This document shows positions 55,906-63,472 of a stretch of DNA of 64,000 nt, piece by piece (position 1 is the first letter of the stretch; each line of letters begins with the position of its first letter). A program made the position numbers and the translations under genes. Source of the stretch: an uncultured Candidatus Saccharibacteria bacterium. GTDB taxonomy: Bacteria; Patescibacteriota; Minisyncoccia; UBA6257; 2-01-FULL-56-20. The DNA lies in assembly GCA_964360585.1 (NCBI GenBank), contig CAYHXC010000003.1, forward strand, positions 18,113 to 82,112, given 5' to 3'. The notes under the pieces are model-generated. The model saw only the letters and a list, made by a program, of their open reading frames with translations, was not told where the DNA came from and did no database searches.

Positions 55906-55921
55906 TCTCCAAATTTTTTAC

Positions 55922-55956
55922 AACCGAACACATCTGTGTTCGGTTTTTTCATTTTT
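55922..55956 (+). terminator. rho-independent terminator (AACCGAACACA-TCT-TGTGTTCGGTT + TTTTCATTTTT)
   Basis: 11-bp stem, 3-nt loop, T-tract; immediately after the 36-bp array, orientation implies plus-strand transcription of the array. Confidence 0.8.
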
Positions 55957-56007
55957 AGCTAAACATTCTCTTTTCCGATACAATTAAGTAACAAACTCAA
56001 TGCCGAA

Positions 56008-56145
56008 ATCCCCTCACCTCATGAGAAATGAGTTGTTGGGAGCTTATTTGTCCACGCACGAAACTATGACTACACAAGAGTCGAAAAATATACCTAGATT
56101 CGGTCGCTTTCAAGCGACGGTTTCTCATTAGGTGTGGGGATGAAA
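56008..56145 (+). promoter_or_regulatory. SD-sequestering inverted-repeat element, copy 3 (upstream of gpmI)
   Basis: left ATCCCCTCACCTCATGAGAAA (56008-56028) pairs with right TTTCTCATTAGGTGTGGGGATGAAA (56121-56145) at 17 of 19 positions; GAGAAA/TTTCTC replaces GGGAA/TTCCC of copies 1-2 on both arms; about 92-nt spacer with GGTCGC-TTTCAA-GCGACG hairpin; right arm holds SD and ATG 56140. Confidence 0.55.
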
Positions 56146-57669
56146 CCCGTAATGGTCTTAATTGTGCTCGACGGCTGGGGAATCGGAAATCACGATGCCT
56201 CCAACCCGATGCGCCAGGCCAAAATGCCGACGTTTGACTGGCTGCGCGAGCATTTTCCCATGACCAGTCTCCAGGCTTCCGGAATTTCCGTCGGTCTCCC
56301 CTGGGGCGAAACCTCAAATAGCGAGGTCGGTCACCTGACGATCGGCGCCGGGAAAGTTATTTATCAGTACTATCCGCGCATTATTCTCGGCATTCGCGAC
56401 CAGAGTTTTTTTGCGAACGAAGCCTTGCTCGGCGCCTGTGAGCATGCGCGCAAAAATAACTCGGCCGTAAATCTGATGGGGCTTCTCACTAAGGGAAATG
56501 TCCATGCTTCGCTTGAGCACATGCTGGCCTTAATCAAGCTCGTCGAAGATCAGAAAGTAAAATACAAAGTGCACATCTGGTCGGACGGCAAAGACAGTCC
56601 GCCGGGTACGTTTACTGAATTTTTCAAAGCGGTGCCTAAAGATAAACTGGCGAGCATAACCGGGCGCTACTACGCCATGGATCACGCTAAGAATTGGCGG
56701 AACACCGAACGAGCCTACCAGGGCTTCACGAGCGAAGCGGCCGAGCTCGTGACCGACGTACAACCGACGCTCGATAATTTGCGCGAACAAAAACTTTCTG
56801 AAGAATTTATTCCGCCGCTCCGTTTTGGTCCGGGCGCGCCAATCCAGGATAACGAAGCAATTATTTTTTGGAACTTCCGCGAAGATGGCGTTCGTCAGTT
56901 GACTGAAGCGTTTCTCATTCCGGACTTCTCCATGTTTCCGGTCAAAAAATTTGAGAATCTGCACATCGTCACCATGACTCGGTACGAAGATCATTTCACC
57001 GTGCCCGTGGCCTATCCGCCTGATGAAGTAAAAAATCCTCTGGGAAAAGTACTCTCGGACAATAATGTGAGCCAGCTCCGCCTCGCCGAAACCTATAAAT
57101 ACGCGCACGTTACTTATTTTTTTAACGGCTATGAAGAAAAACCCTATCCCAACGAATACCGCATTCTGATTCCCTCCCTCACTATTCCTCACTTGGCGGA
57201 TAATCCGGAGATGATGGCAACCGCCATTACCGATCGCGCCATCGCCGCCATCCAAGACCACTCCTTTGACTTCATTCTCATTAATTACGCGAATGGCGAC
57301 ATGATCGCCCACACCGGAAATTTCAATGCGGGCGTGAAGGCGGCCGAAATTATCGATCGCGAGATCGGCCGAATTTTAAAAGTTGCCTTGGCCACGCCGG
57401 CCACCGTCCTTATTACCGCTGATCACGGCAACTTGGAAGAGATGTACAATCCCTTAACCGGTCGGTACGAAACCCAACACGATCCCAATCCCGTTCCATG
57501 TTATATTTTCGGCCCCGGCCTCGAAGGAAAAAAATTTATCAACCAGGACACCTACGAAAAAGAAACGCTTGGTATTCTTTCTGATGTCGCACCGACCATT
57601 CTCCGCATTCTTGGCATCGTACCTCCGCCGGACATGACGGGGCATAATCTTCTCGAAAAACTCGTCTGA
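56134..57669 (+). CDS. gpmI: 2,3-bisphosphoglycerate-independent phosphoglycerate mutase
   Basis: 511 aa; (M)KPVMVLIVLDGWGIG..., SGISVGLPWGETSNSEVGHLTIGAG, C-terminal ITADHGN metalloenzyme motif. Confidence 0.9.
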   Translation: MGMKPVMVLIVLDGWGIGNHDASNPMRQAKMPTFDWLREHFPMTSLQASGISVGLPWGETSNSEVGHLTIGAGKVIYQYYPRIILGIRDQSFFANEALLGACEHARKNNSAVNLMGLLTKGNVHASLEHMLALIKLVEDQKVKYKVHIWSDGKDSPPGTFTEFFKAVPKDKLASITGRYYAMDHAKNWRNTERAYQGFTSEAAELVTDVQPTLDNLREQKLSEEFIPPLRFGPGAPIQDNEAIIFWNFREDGVRQLTEAFLIPDFSMFPVKKFENLHIVTMTRYEDHFTVPVAYPPDEVKNPLGKVLSDNNVSQLRLAETYKYAHVTYFFNGYEEKPYPNEYRILIPSLTIPHLADNPEMMATAITDRAIAAIQDHSFDFILINYANGDMIAHTGNFNAGVKAAEIIDREIGRILKVALATPATVLITADHGNLEEMYNPLTGRYETQHDPNPVPCYIFGPGLEGKKFINQDTYEKETLGILSDVAPTILRILGIVPPPDMTGHNLLEKLV

Positions 57670-57789
57670 CACTGAATCACAAAACGCGAACTACTTTGTT
57701 ACTGACTGCGCTTCGCCCTCGCTGTATGCTATACACCTCGGTTACGATGCTCGTCAAAGCCTCGTATTTCATCGTTTTGTGATTCAGTG
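57670..57789 (+). promoter_or_regulatory. 17-bp perfect inverted repeat (CACTGAATCACAAAACG ... CGTTTTGTGATTCAGTG) flanking an 86-bp spacer between gpmI and downstream gene
   Basis: left arm starts at the last base of the gpmI stop codon (57670-57686); right arm 57773-57789, 12 nt before ATG 57802; spacer has a reverse-oriented TTGACG-18-TATAGC promoter-like pair. Confidence 0.55.
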
Positions 57790-57801
57790 TAGAATACGAA
57801 T

Positions 57802-58152
57802 ATGCGAATTTTAGTTGCATTAATCGGAAATGCCTTTGCTCTTCTCTTAGCTCAAGCCCTCATCCCGAACGTCGAGCTTTCCTCGAACTTTTTTGATGTT
57901 CTTCTGATCGCCCTCATCTTGACCGCGCTTAATTTTTTCCTGAAACCGATCCTCACCCTCATCTTCGGTCCAATTATCATTCTCACCCTTGGTTTCGGCA
58001 TCATTATTATCAACATGCTCATCATCTATATTCTTGACATTCTCTCCAAAGGGATTACGATTCAAGGGAATCTTGTGCTCACACTCTTCTTGGTTTCTCT
58101 GATCGTTGGAGTGGTGAACACGATCGTCCACGCTAAAGGAAAAAAACTATGA
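57802..58152 (+). CDS. small integral membrane protein (3-4 TM; holin-like/unknown)
   Basis: 116 aa, hydrophobic throughout; no confident family assignment. Confidence 0.3.
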   Translation: MRILVALIGNAFALLLAQALIPNVELSSNFFDVLLIALILTALNFFLKPILTLIFGPIIILTLGFGIIIINMLIIYILDILSKGITIQGNLVLTLFLVSLIVGVVNTIVHAKGKKL

Positions 58153-58367
58153 TTTTCAGCTTATTGCAACTCATTATCGCCGCCTGCATCGTCGGGCTCA
58201 TTTTGCTTCAGGAACGCTCGAGCGGCGCCTCCGGTCTTTTGGGCGGCGGCGACTCCACGAACAGTTTTTACCAGGCTCGCCGCGGCGCCGAGCGCATGGT
58301 CTTCCGAGCCACAATCGCGCTTGTGGTCATCTTTGCTCTCCTCTCGGTTTTCCAACTGTCCGCATAG
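58149..58367 (+). CDS. secG: preprotein translocase subunit SecG
   Basis: 72 aa; two TM segments with LLQERSSGASGLLGGGDS... glycine-rich loop typical of SecG; start overlaps previous gene by 4 nt. Confidence 0.75.
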   Translation: MIFSLLQLIIAACIVGLILLQERSSGASGLLGGGDSTNSFYQARRGAERMVFRATIALVVIFALLSVFQLSA

Positions 58368-58443
58368 AGGTTTCACAAATACACAAAGTTTCTCTCGCAA
58401 AATTGCGTTTGAACTTTTATAAGAGGGGCTAATTTCTACTTCC

Positions 58444-60081
58444 TTGATTCACCGTTTCCAAAAAATCTGGCTCGCCTTTAACGAGACTGAACGGCAGTAT
58501 GCAATCGGGCTCACGGCCGTCTTTTGCGTCGCCCTTATCGGCATCATTTGGATCTTCGTCCTCACGGCCACGGTTGAAACGGCTGCGCGCGGCGGCACCT
58601 TCCGCATCGGTCTTATCGGACAGCCAACAAGCTTGAATCCGCTTCTTGCGAATGGTCAGGCGGAAAAAGACCTCTCCCATCTCCTGTTCTCCCCGCTTTC
58701 CGAACTTACGGAAACCATCCAGCCCACGAAAAAATCCGATGGCTGGACCATCCGGCTCAAGGAAAATCTCATCTGGCACGACGGCGAACCAGTCACGAGC
58801 GATGACATTGTTTTCACGATCGAAGAGATCCAGGATCCGAGCACTCATTCTCCGCTCTTCCCTTTTTGGCAGGGCGTCAAAGCCGAGCGTTTGAGCGAGC
58901 GCGAAATAAAAATCACGGCGCCCGCCCGCTCCGCGCCGCTTCTCTTTGAAAACTATATTAAAAATCTTCTTTTTATTCCGAAACATATTTTCGTTTCGAT
59001 TCCACCCCAGAACTGGTCGCTCTCCGACTATAACCTGAAACCGATTGGCAACGGTCCGTATCGTTTCCAAAAACTGGTGCTCCAGAACGACGGTTTTTTG
59101 GATAGCTACACCTTCTCAAGTTTTGCCCAGGGGAGTACCGAACACGCTCCTTACATTCAAACCATCGTCGTCCGATTTTTTAAAGACAAGGAGGAAGCCG
59201 AAACTGCTTTTCGCTACGGCACAATCGACGGCTTGGGCGGTCTTGATCCCTATGAAGCGAAATCGATCAACCGTCCCTCGAATGTCGTTCTCTACGACTC
59301 GCCGGGATACTACGCCGTCTTCTTGAATCAAAGTCAGAACGAAATCCTCCACGATCGAAATATCCGCCAGGCCTTAAGCCTTGCAGTTCCTCGGAACGAA
59401 CTCTTGGGAACAGTCTTGAATAACTACGGGAAAGCAATGACTGGACCGAGTAATTCTACACATACACAAACAACATCAAGCATCTCCGATCTTCTCGCCG
59501 CTTCCGGCTGGGTCGTAAATAGCATCGGAAAACTCGAACGAACGGAGGCCGGAGAATCAGTTCAGCCAAAAACACTTGAGCTGACCGTCCCCGATCTGCC
59601 ATTTTTGGAACACACGGCCCAGATTCTCAAAACCGCCTGGGAGAAGATCGGTTTTAGCGTCACGATCAAACTGTTGCCCCAAAAAACAGTTATCGAAGAG
59701 ATCGTCCCCCGCCGCGATTACCAGATGCTTCTTTTCGGAAACATTCCCCAACCTCGCGAGGATCTCTATCCCTTCTGGCACTCCTCTCAAGTTTTTCATC
59801 CCGGCTTGAACTTGAGTCTTTATAAAAATTCTGATCTCGATAGCTTATTACAGCGAATGCGCCTCACGACCTCAACCGGAGAACGCGCGACTATTGCAAA
59901 CTCAATCAACAACACGCTCGAAAACACCCAACCCGCCATCTTCCTCTACTCGCCCTCGTACGTCTACCTCACCACGAAATCCCTTCATGGCATCGAAGCC
60001 ACCAGCACCTTCCTCTTCCCCGAAGACCGTTTCCTCGACATCGAAAATTGGTATATCCGCACCAAACGAGTGTTGAAGTAA
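58444..60081 (+). CDS. ABC transporter substrate-binding protein, family 5 (peptide/nickel-type), with N-terminal membrane anchor
   Basis: 545 aa; N-terminal TM (YAIGLTAVFCVALIGIIWIFVL), SBP_bac_5-like core (TFRIGLIGQPTSLNPLLA...); TTG start, start site uncertain. Confidence 0.55.
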   Translation: MIHRFQKIWLAFNETERQYAIGLTAVFCVALIGIIWIFVLTATVETAARGGTFRIGLIGQPTSLNPLLANGQAEKDLSHLLFSPLSELTETIQPTKKSDGWTIRLKENLIWHDGEPVTSDDIVFTIEEIQDPSTHSPLFPFWQGVKAERLSEREIKITAPARSAPLLFENYIKNLLFIPKHIFVSIPPQNWSLSDYNLKPIGNGPYRFQKLVLQNDGFLDSYTFSSFAQGSTEHAPYIQTIVVRFFKDKEEAETAFRYGTIDGLGGLDPYEAKSINRPSNVVLYDSPGYYAVFLNQSQNEILHDRNIRQALSLAVPRNELLGTVLNNYGKAMTGPSNSTHTQTTSSISDLLAASGWVVNSIGKLERTEAGESVQPKTLELTVPDLPFLEHTAQILKTAWEKIGFSVTIKLLPQKTVIEEIVPRRDYQMLLFGNIPQPREDLYPFWHSSQVFHPGLNLSLYKNSDLDSLLQRMRLTTSTGERATIANSINNTLENTQPAIFLYSPSYVYLTTKSLHGIEATSTFLFPEDRFLDIENWYIRTKRVLK

Positions 60082-60100
60082 TAATCTCGTATTTAAAACC

Positions 60101-60226
60101 TGTCATTGCGCCTGTCTACCGGCAGGCAGGCCTGCCCCTTTCCAACTTGAACCAGGTTGTCATTGCGAGTCCCGATCACATTTTCCTTAAAAAGGAAATC
60201 GGGACGTGGCAATCTCTATTCTAGAG
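60101..60226. repeat. TGTCATTGCG(AG) intergenic repeat family, two units (second: TTGTCATTGCGAG-hairpin-CGTGGCAATCTCT..CTAGAG)
   Basis: TGTCATTGCG at 60101-60110 followed by GCCTG..CAGGC hairpin; TTGTCATTGCGAG at 60157-60169 followed by nested hairpin TCCCGAT..ATCGGGA then CGTGGCAATCTCTATTCTAGAG; same module at 63549-63592. Confidence 0.5.
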
Positions 60227-60233
60227 CCGTACC

Positions 60234-60261
60234 TTGACATTTATATATAGTGTGGTATAAT
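60234..60261 (+). promoter_or_regulatory. near-consensus sigma70 promoter with extended -10 (TTGACA-16-TGgTATAAT)
   Basis: TTGACA 60234-60239; TGG TATAAT 60253-60261; TAGGAGG SD about 7 nt before ATG 60311. Confidence 0.6.
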
Positions 60262-60310
60262 GTAACCAGCAACCCTAGGACACTCTGACAACAACACCTA
60301 TAGGAGGCGT

Positions 60311-60526
60311 ATGATCTACTTGATGGTCTATAAGAGCTCCGATGGAAAACACGGTGCTTCTCGTTTCTTTGAAGAAGAGATGCGGAAGAAGTTGCTTTCA
60401 ATGCTTGGGGCAACTGAGATTTTCACCGTCTCCGTAGAAGGTGAAAATCTCCAAGGCCTTGAATCCATGGCGAAAAAAGAAGTGGAGGAACGTGGGTTGG
60501 GACCGGTAATCAATCTCACCTGCTGA
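60311..60526 (+). CDS. small hypothetical protein (71 aa) with strong promoter, SD and downstream terminator hairpin
   Basis: consensus-like promoter and SD; hairpin CAGGAGTCGG-tacccaaccc-GACTCCTG at about 60552-60581 followed by T-rich tract; no family recognised. Confidence 0.35.
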   Translation: MIYLMVYKSSDGKHGASRFFEEEMRKKLLSMLGATEIFTVSVEGENLQGLESMAKKEVEERGLGPVINLTC

Positions 60527-60682
60527 CCAAACTTCGACAGTCACCCGAGGCAGGAGTCGGTACCCAACCCGACTCCTGTCCTTGCCCATCTTACTTTTTT
60601 ATAAAGTGGGTTGGGCTCAAATTCTGAGATTAGTACTAGTTAGTAGTTTCAGAATTTGAGTTTGTCATATAGACGTTCAATG

Positions 60683-60720
60683 AAAATAAAAAAGAGTGTC
60701 TCCGATAAGGTAACACTCTT
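60683..60720 (-). terminator. rho-independent terminator for minus-strand small gene (AAGAGTGT..ACACTCTT + T-run on minus strand)
   Basis: 8-bp stem 60692-60720 adjacent to stop codon at 60722; plus-strand AAAATAAAAA = minus-strand U-tract. Confidence 0.6.
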
Positions 60721-60721
60721 A

Positions 60722-60940
60722 CTAGTGAGTAACTCTGCGAGATGAACGTCTTGGAACAGGTGGGGGCTTGGCAAATGCTATTCCGTTAATAGTGACCGAA
60801 CTATGCACCGGACATAGGTTCAAGTGTACACCTATGTTCTGTAGCTCATCTGTCGTCAGCTCTCGTCCCGACTGTTCAACTTCTTCGACCAGTTTCTGCA
60901 ACCACTCGCAAGCACGTCTTTCAGCCTCTGTTAAGGACAT
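60722..60940 (-). CDS. small hypothetical protein (72 aa), possible Cys/His metal-binding motif
   Basis: AGGAGAG SD upstream on minus strand; terminator downstream; contains C..(x)..HLNLCPVH; no family recognised. Confidence 0.35.
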   Translation of the reverse strand: MSLTEAERRACEWLQKLVEEVEQSGRELTTDELQNIGVHLNLCPVHSSVTINGIAFAKPPPVPRRSSRRVTH

Positions 60941-61340
60941 ACGAATCTCTCTCCTATGCTTAAAATATATGAAGGGGTAGAAAAGTCAAACATTCTCTTA
61001 TTTTATAGCAAAAACTTGACTAATTCCTCATATCGGAATACTATCTCAATAACGTTTGAAATCTCCTTTTTGCTTTATGCGTCACTTCTCCCCCGCTACA
61101 GCTACCACTCATTAGGTGGTTTTTGGTTGCCGATGAGTAGGCCAACGCACGAAGAAAACGGAAACGAGATATAAAGTTCTTTTGAATAAACAATATCGCT
61201 GAGGTGGTGGAACCCGCCAGAGGCGGGCAGGCTGGCCCCCTTCCGCCCCCGCTTCGACAAGGCTTCGCCGGGCGAGCAAGGCTTCAGCGGGGCAAGCAGA
61301 CGCATCCCGCTCAGCGGGACGGCCTGAGTTCTTTATAAAA

Positions 61341-61424
61341 GCCGAGATGGTGAAATTGGCAGACACGCAGCGTTCAGGGCGCTGTACCCATAAGGGTGTG
61401 GGAGTTCAAATCTCCCTCTCGGCA
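61341..61424 (+). tRNA. tRNA-Leu (anticodon CAG), class II with long variable arm
   Basis: acceptor GCCGAGA/TCTCGGC, D-arm GTG..CAC, anticodon stem CAGCG/CGCTG with loop TTCAGGG (anticodon CAG), 16-nt variable arm, T-arm GGGAG-TTCAAAT-CTCCC, discriminator A; CCA not encoded. Confidence 0.85.
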
Positions 61425-61527
61425 CAAAATCGTGAGCGTTCGTAGAGAAGCAATTAATAAAGTCTTCTGGTCGATCAGAGTTCGTCTCATGTATTTTCTA
61501 AACAAATAGTAAAAAATAAAAATTAGT

Positions 61528-63330
61528 ATGTCAGAAACAATAACAACACCGGCGCGACCGCGCATGCGACGTCCCGCTCCCCGTCTCCGCCGACCGGCGG
61601 ACGGCGGACCAAGACGAAACTACCCGCCTCGCCCGAGTGCAGCACCACAGCAAACCTCGCACCCGCCTGATGACACGGTTAAGTTCGTGCCGCTCGGCGG
61701 ATTTGAGGAGATTGGTCGCAACTGCTCGTTTTTCGAGTACAAAAATCAGATCGTGGTCATTGATGTCGGTATCCAGTTCCCGGAGGAAAATACCCCGGGC
61801 GTGGACTACATCATCCCGAACGTCAGCTATCTTGAACAAAGAAAAGCGAATGTGCAGGGCATCATCCTGACCCACGGTCACTACGATCACATTGCCGCGA
61901 TTCACTATTTGATTGAGAAACTCGGCAATCCGATCATCTACGCCTCGCCCTTCACCCGGGCGATCGTGGAGAAACGTCACGAAGATTTCCCGAACGCTCC
62001 CAAGCTTCGCTTTATTAATGTCGAGCCGGGAAAGAAAGTAAAAGTTTCCGAAGATTTCACCGCCGAGTTTTTTGAAGTGGAGCACACCATTCCGGAAGCT
62101 CTCGGATTTATTCTCGAGACACCGGTCGGAAATATGGTTAGCTTCGGCGACTTCCGTTTGGATTTCGACAAACACGGCAAACCGCGCAACATTGATATCT
62201 TCGATCGCTTGAGCGAGAAAAATATCCACACCGTTTTCATTGATTCAACCAACGCCGATATTACCGGCCGAGGCGCTTCGGAAGATACGGTTGAGGAAAA
62301 CCTGGAAGCCTTGATCAAGGGCGCCAAGGGTCGCGTCATTATCGCCGCCTTCGCTTCGCTTGTTGATCGCATCCTCGAGATCATCAAGATCGCCGACAAA
62401 CTTGGCCGTCGCGTGACCGTAAACGGCCGTTCGATGAAATCCAACTTGGAGATCGCGAAACAGCTTGGCTACTTGAAAGATACCAAGGGAATTCTCTTCC
62501 CGCTTGAGGAAATCAACAAATACAAAGACGATAAAGTCTTGCTCCTCACAACGGGCACACAAGGCGAAGCAAACGCCGGCTTAATGCGCATTGTGAATGG
62601 CGAGCATCGCGTGGTTTCTCTGAAACCAACCGATACTGTCATCTTCTCCTCGTCAGTTGTGCCGGGCAACGAACGGAGTGTCCAAACTTTAACGGACAAC
62701 ATCGCCCGACAGGTGGATCAGGTCTACAACTCCAAACTCTTGGATATTCACGTGAGCGGCCACGTTCACACCGAAGATGCCAAACTAGTTTTGGAAAAAC
62801 TGAAACCGCAGTTTATCGTCCCTATTCACGGCTACTACTTCAAGCGTAAGATGTACCAAAAAATTGCCGAGATGGCTGGCCTCAAGCGAGAAAAAGTAGT
62901 CTTGATGGACAACGGCCAGGTTCTCTCGATGAAAAAAGATGCCGTGAAGGTTCTCGACTGGACCATTCCTTGCTACTACATCATGGTTGATGGTCTGGGC
63001 GTGGGCGATGTCGAAGAAGTTGTCTTGCGTGATCGCCGAGCTCTCGCTCAGGAAGGTATGGCTGTCGTCGTTCTCACGATTGACCGTCGCCATGGAAAAC
63101 TCCTGAAGAGTCCGGACATCATCTCCCGCGGTTTCATCTTCCTCAAAGAGAATCAAACCATTCTTGAGGAGATGCGGAAGAAAGTGCGGAATCTTTTCGC
63201 CCGCATTCCGGCCAACCAGCCGCTTGATAGCGACTACGTCAAAGGCTTAGTCCGCGATCAGCTTGGTCAGTTTATCTACCAACGAACACACCGCCGCCCG
63301 ATGATCCTGCCCGTCATCATTGAGGTATAA
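61528..63330 (+). CDS. rnj: ribonuclease J (beta-CASP metallo-beta-lactamase RNase) with Arg/Pro-rich N-terminal extension
   Basis: 600 aa; KFVPLGGFEEIGRNCSFFEYKNQIVVIDVG, ILTHGHYDHIAAIHYL (HxHxDH), beta-CASP and C-terminal domain; first about 50 aa PARPRMRRPAPRLRRPADGGPRRNYPPRPSAAPQ unusual. Confidence 0.9.
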   Translation: MSETITTPARPRMRRPAPRLRRPADGGPRRNYPPRPSAAPQQTSHPPDDTVKFVPLGGFEEIGRNCSFFEYKNQIVVIDVGIQFPEENTPGVDYIIPNVSYLEQRKANVQGIILTHGHYDHIAAIHYLIEKLGNPIIYASPFTRAIVEKRHEDFPNAPKLRFINVEPGKKVKVSEDFTAEFFEVEHTIPEALGFILETPVGNMVSFGDFRLDFDKHGKPRNIDIFDRLSEKNIHTVFIDSTNADITGRGASEDTVEENLEALIKGAKGRVIIAAFASLVDRILEIIKIADKLGRRVTVNGRSMKSNLEIAKQLGYLKDTKGILFPLEEINKYKDDKVLLLTTGTQGEANAGLMRIVNGEHRVVSLKPTDTVIFSSSVVPGNERSVQTLTDNIARQVDQVYNSKLLDIHVSGHVHTEDAKLVLEKLKPQFIVPIHGYYFKRKMYQKIAEMAGLKREKVVLMDNGQVLSMKKDAVKVLDWTIPCYYIMVDGLGVGDVEEVVLRDRRALAQEGMAVVVLTIDRRHGKLLKSPDIISRGFIFLKENQTILEEMRKKVRNLFARIPANQPLDSDYVKGLVRDQLGQFIYQRTHRRPMILPVIIEV

Positions 63331-63362
63331 AAAATCCTTCCTCAAAATTGTTTCATTTATAA

Positions 63363-63386
63363 ACGCATATGCGTTTATAATAGCAA
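63363..63386. promoter_or_regulatory. perfect 24-bp palindrome TTATAAACGCATATGCGTTTATAA downstream of rnj
   Basis: exact self-complementarity; contains TATAAT-like hexamers on both strands; operator- or bidirectional-terminator-like. Confidence 0.4.
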
Positions 63387-63472
63387 CAATTTAAAAGGTA
63401 TAATCTTGGTCCTAACCGTTCTAATTGTTGTAGACGTTCGATCACTTCGTTTGTTGTAGTTGCCTTATTTGC

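Noticed and set aside
54869-55958. ORF-track ORFs inside the array (54869..55552 minus strand 227 aa, and 54927..55166, 55242..55556, 55638..55958 plus strand) as real repeat-protein genes
   Set aside because: They sit in different frames and none spans the array. The frame breaks coincide with the 34/35/37-bp units. The conserved blocks contain no stop codons in several frames, so long ORFs arise by chance in purine-rich sequence. No SD precedes any of them. The decayed-gene possibility is kept as a minority hypothesis in the findings.
61195-61340. tmRNA, SRP RNA, 6S RNA or RNase P RNA in the GC-rich segment upstream of tRNA-Leu and in the 4.7-5.3 kb gap
   Set aside because: None of the hallmark motifs were found. 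I looked for the tmRNA tag ORF and TpsiC-like 3' end, the SRP GGAA-containing domain IV helix and RNase P P4. These were left as unassigned structured regions.
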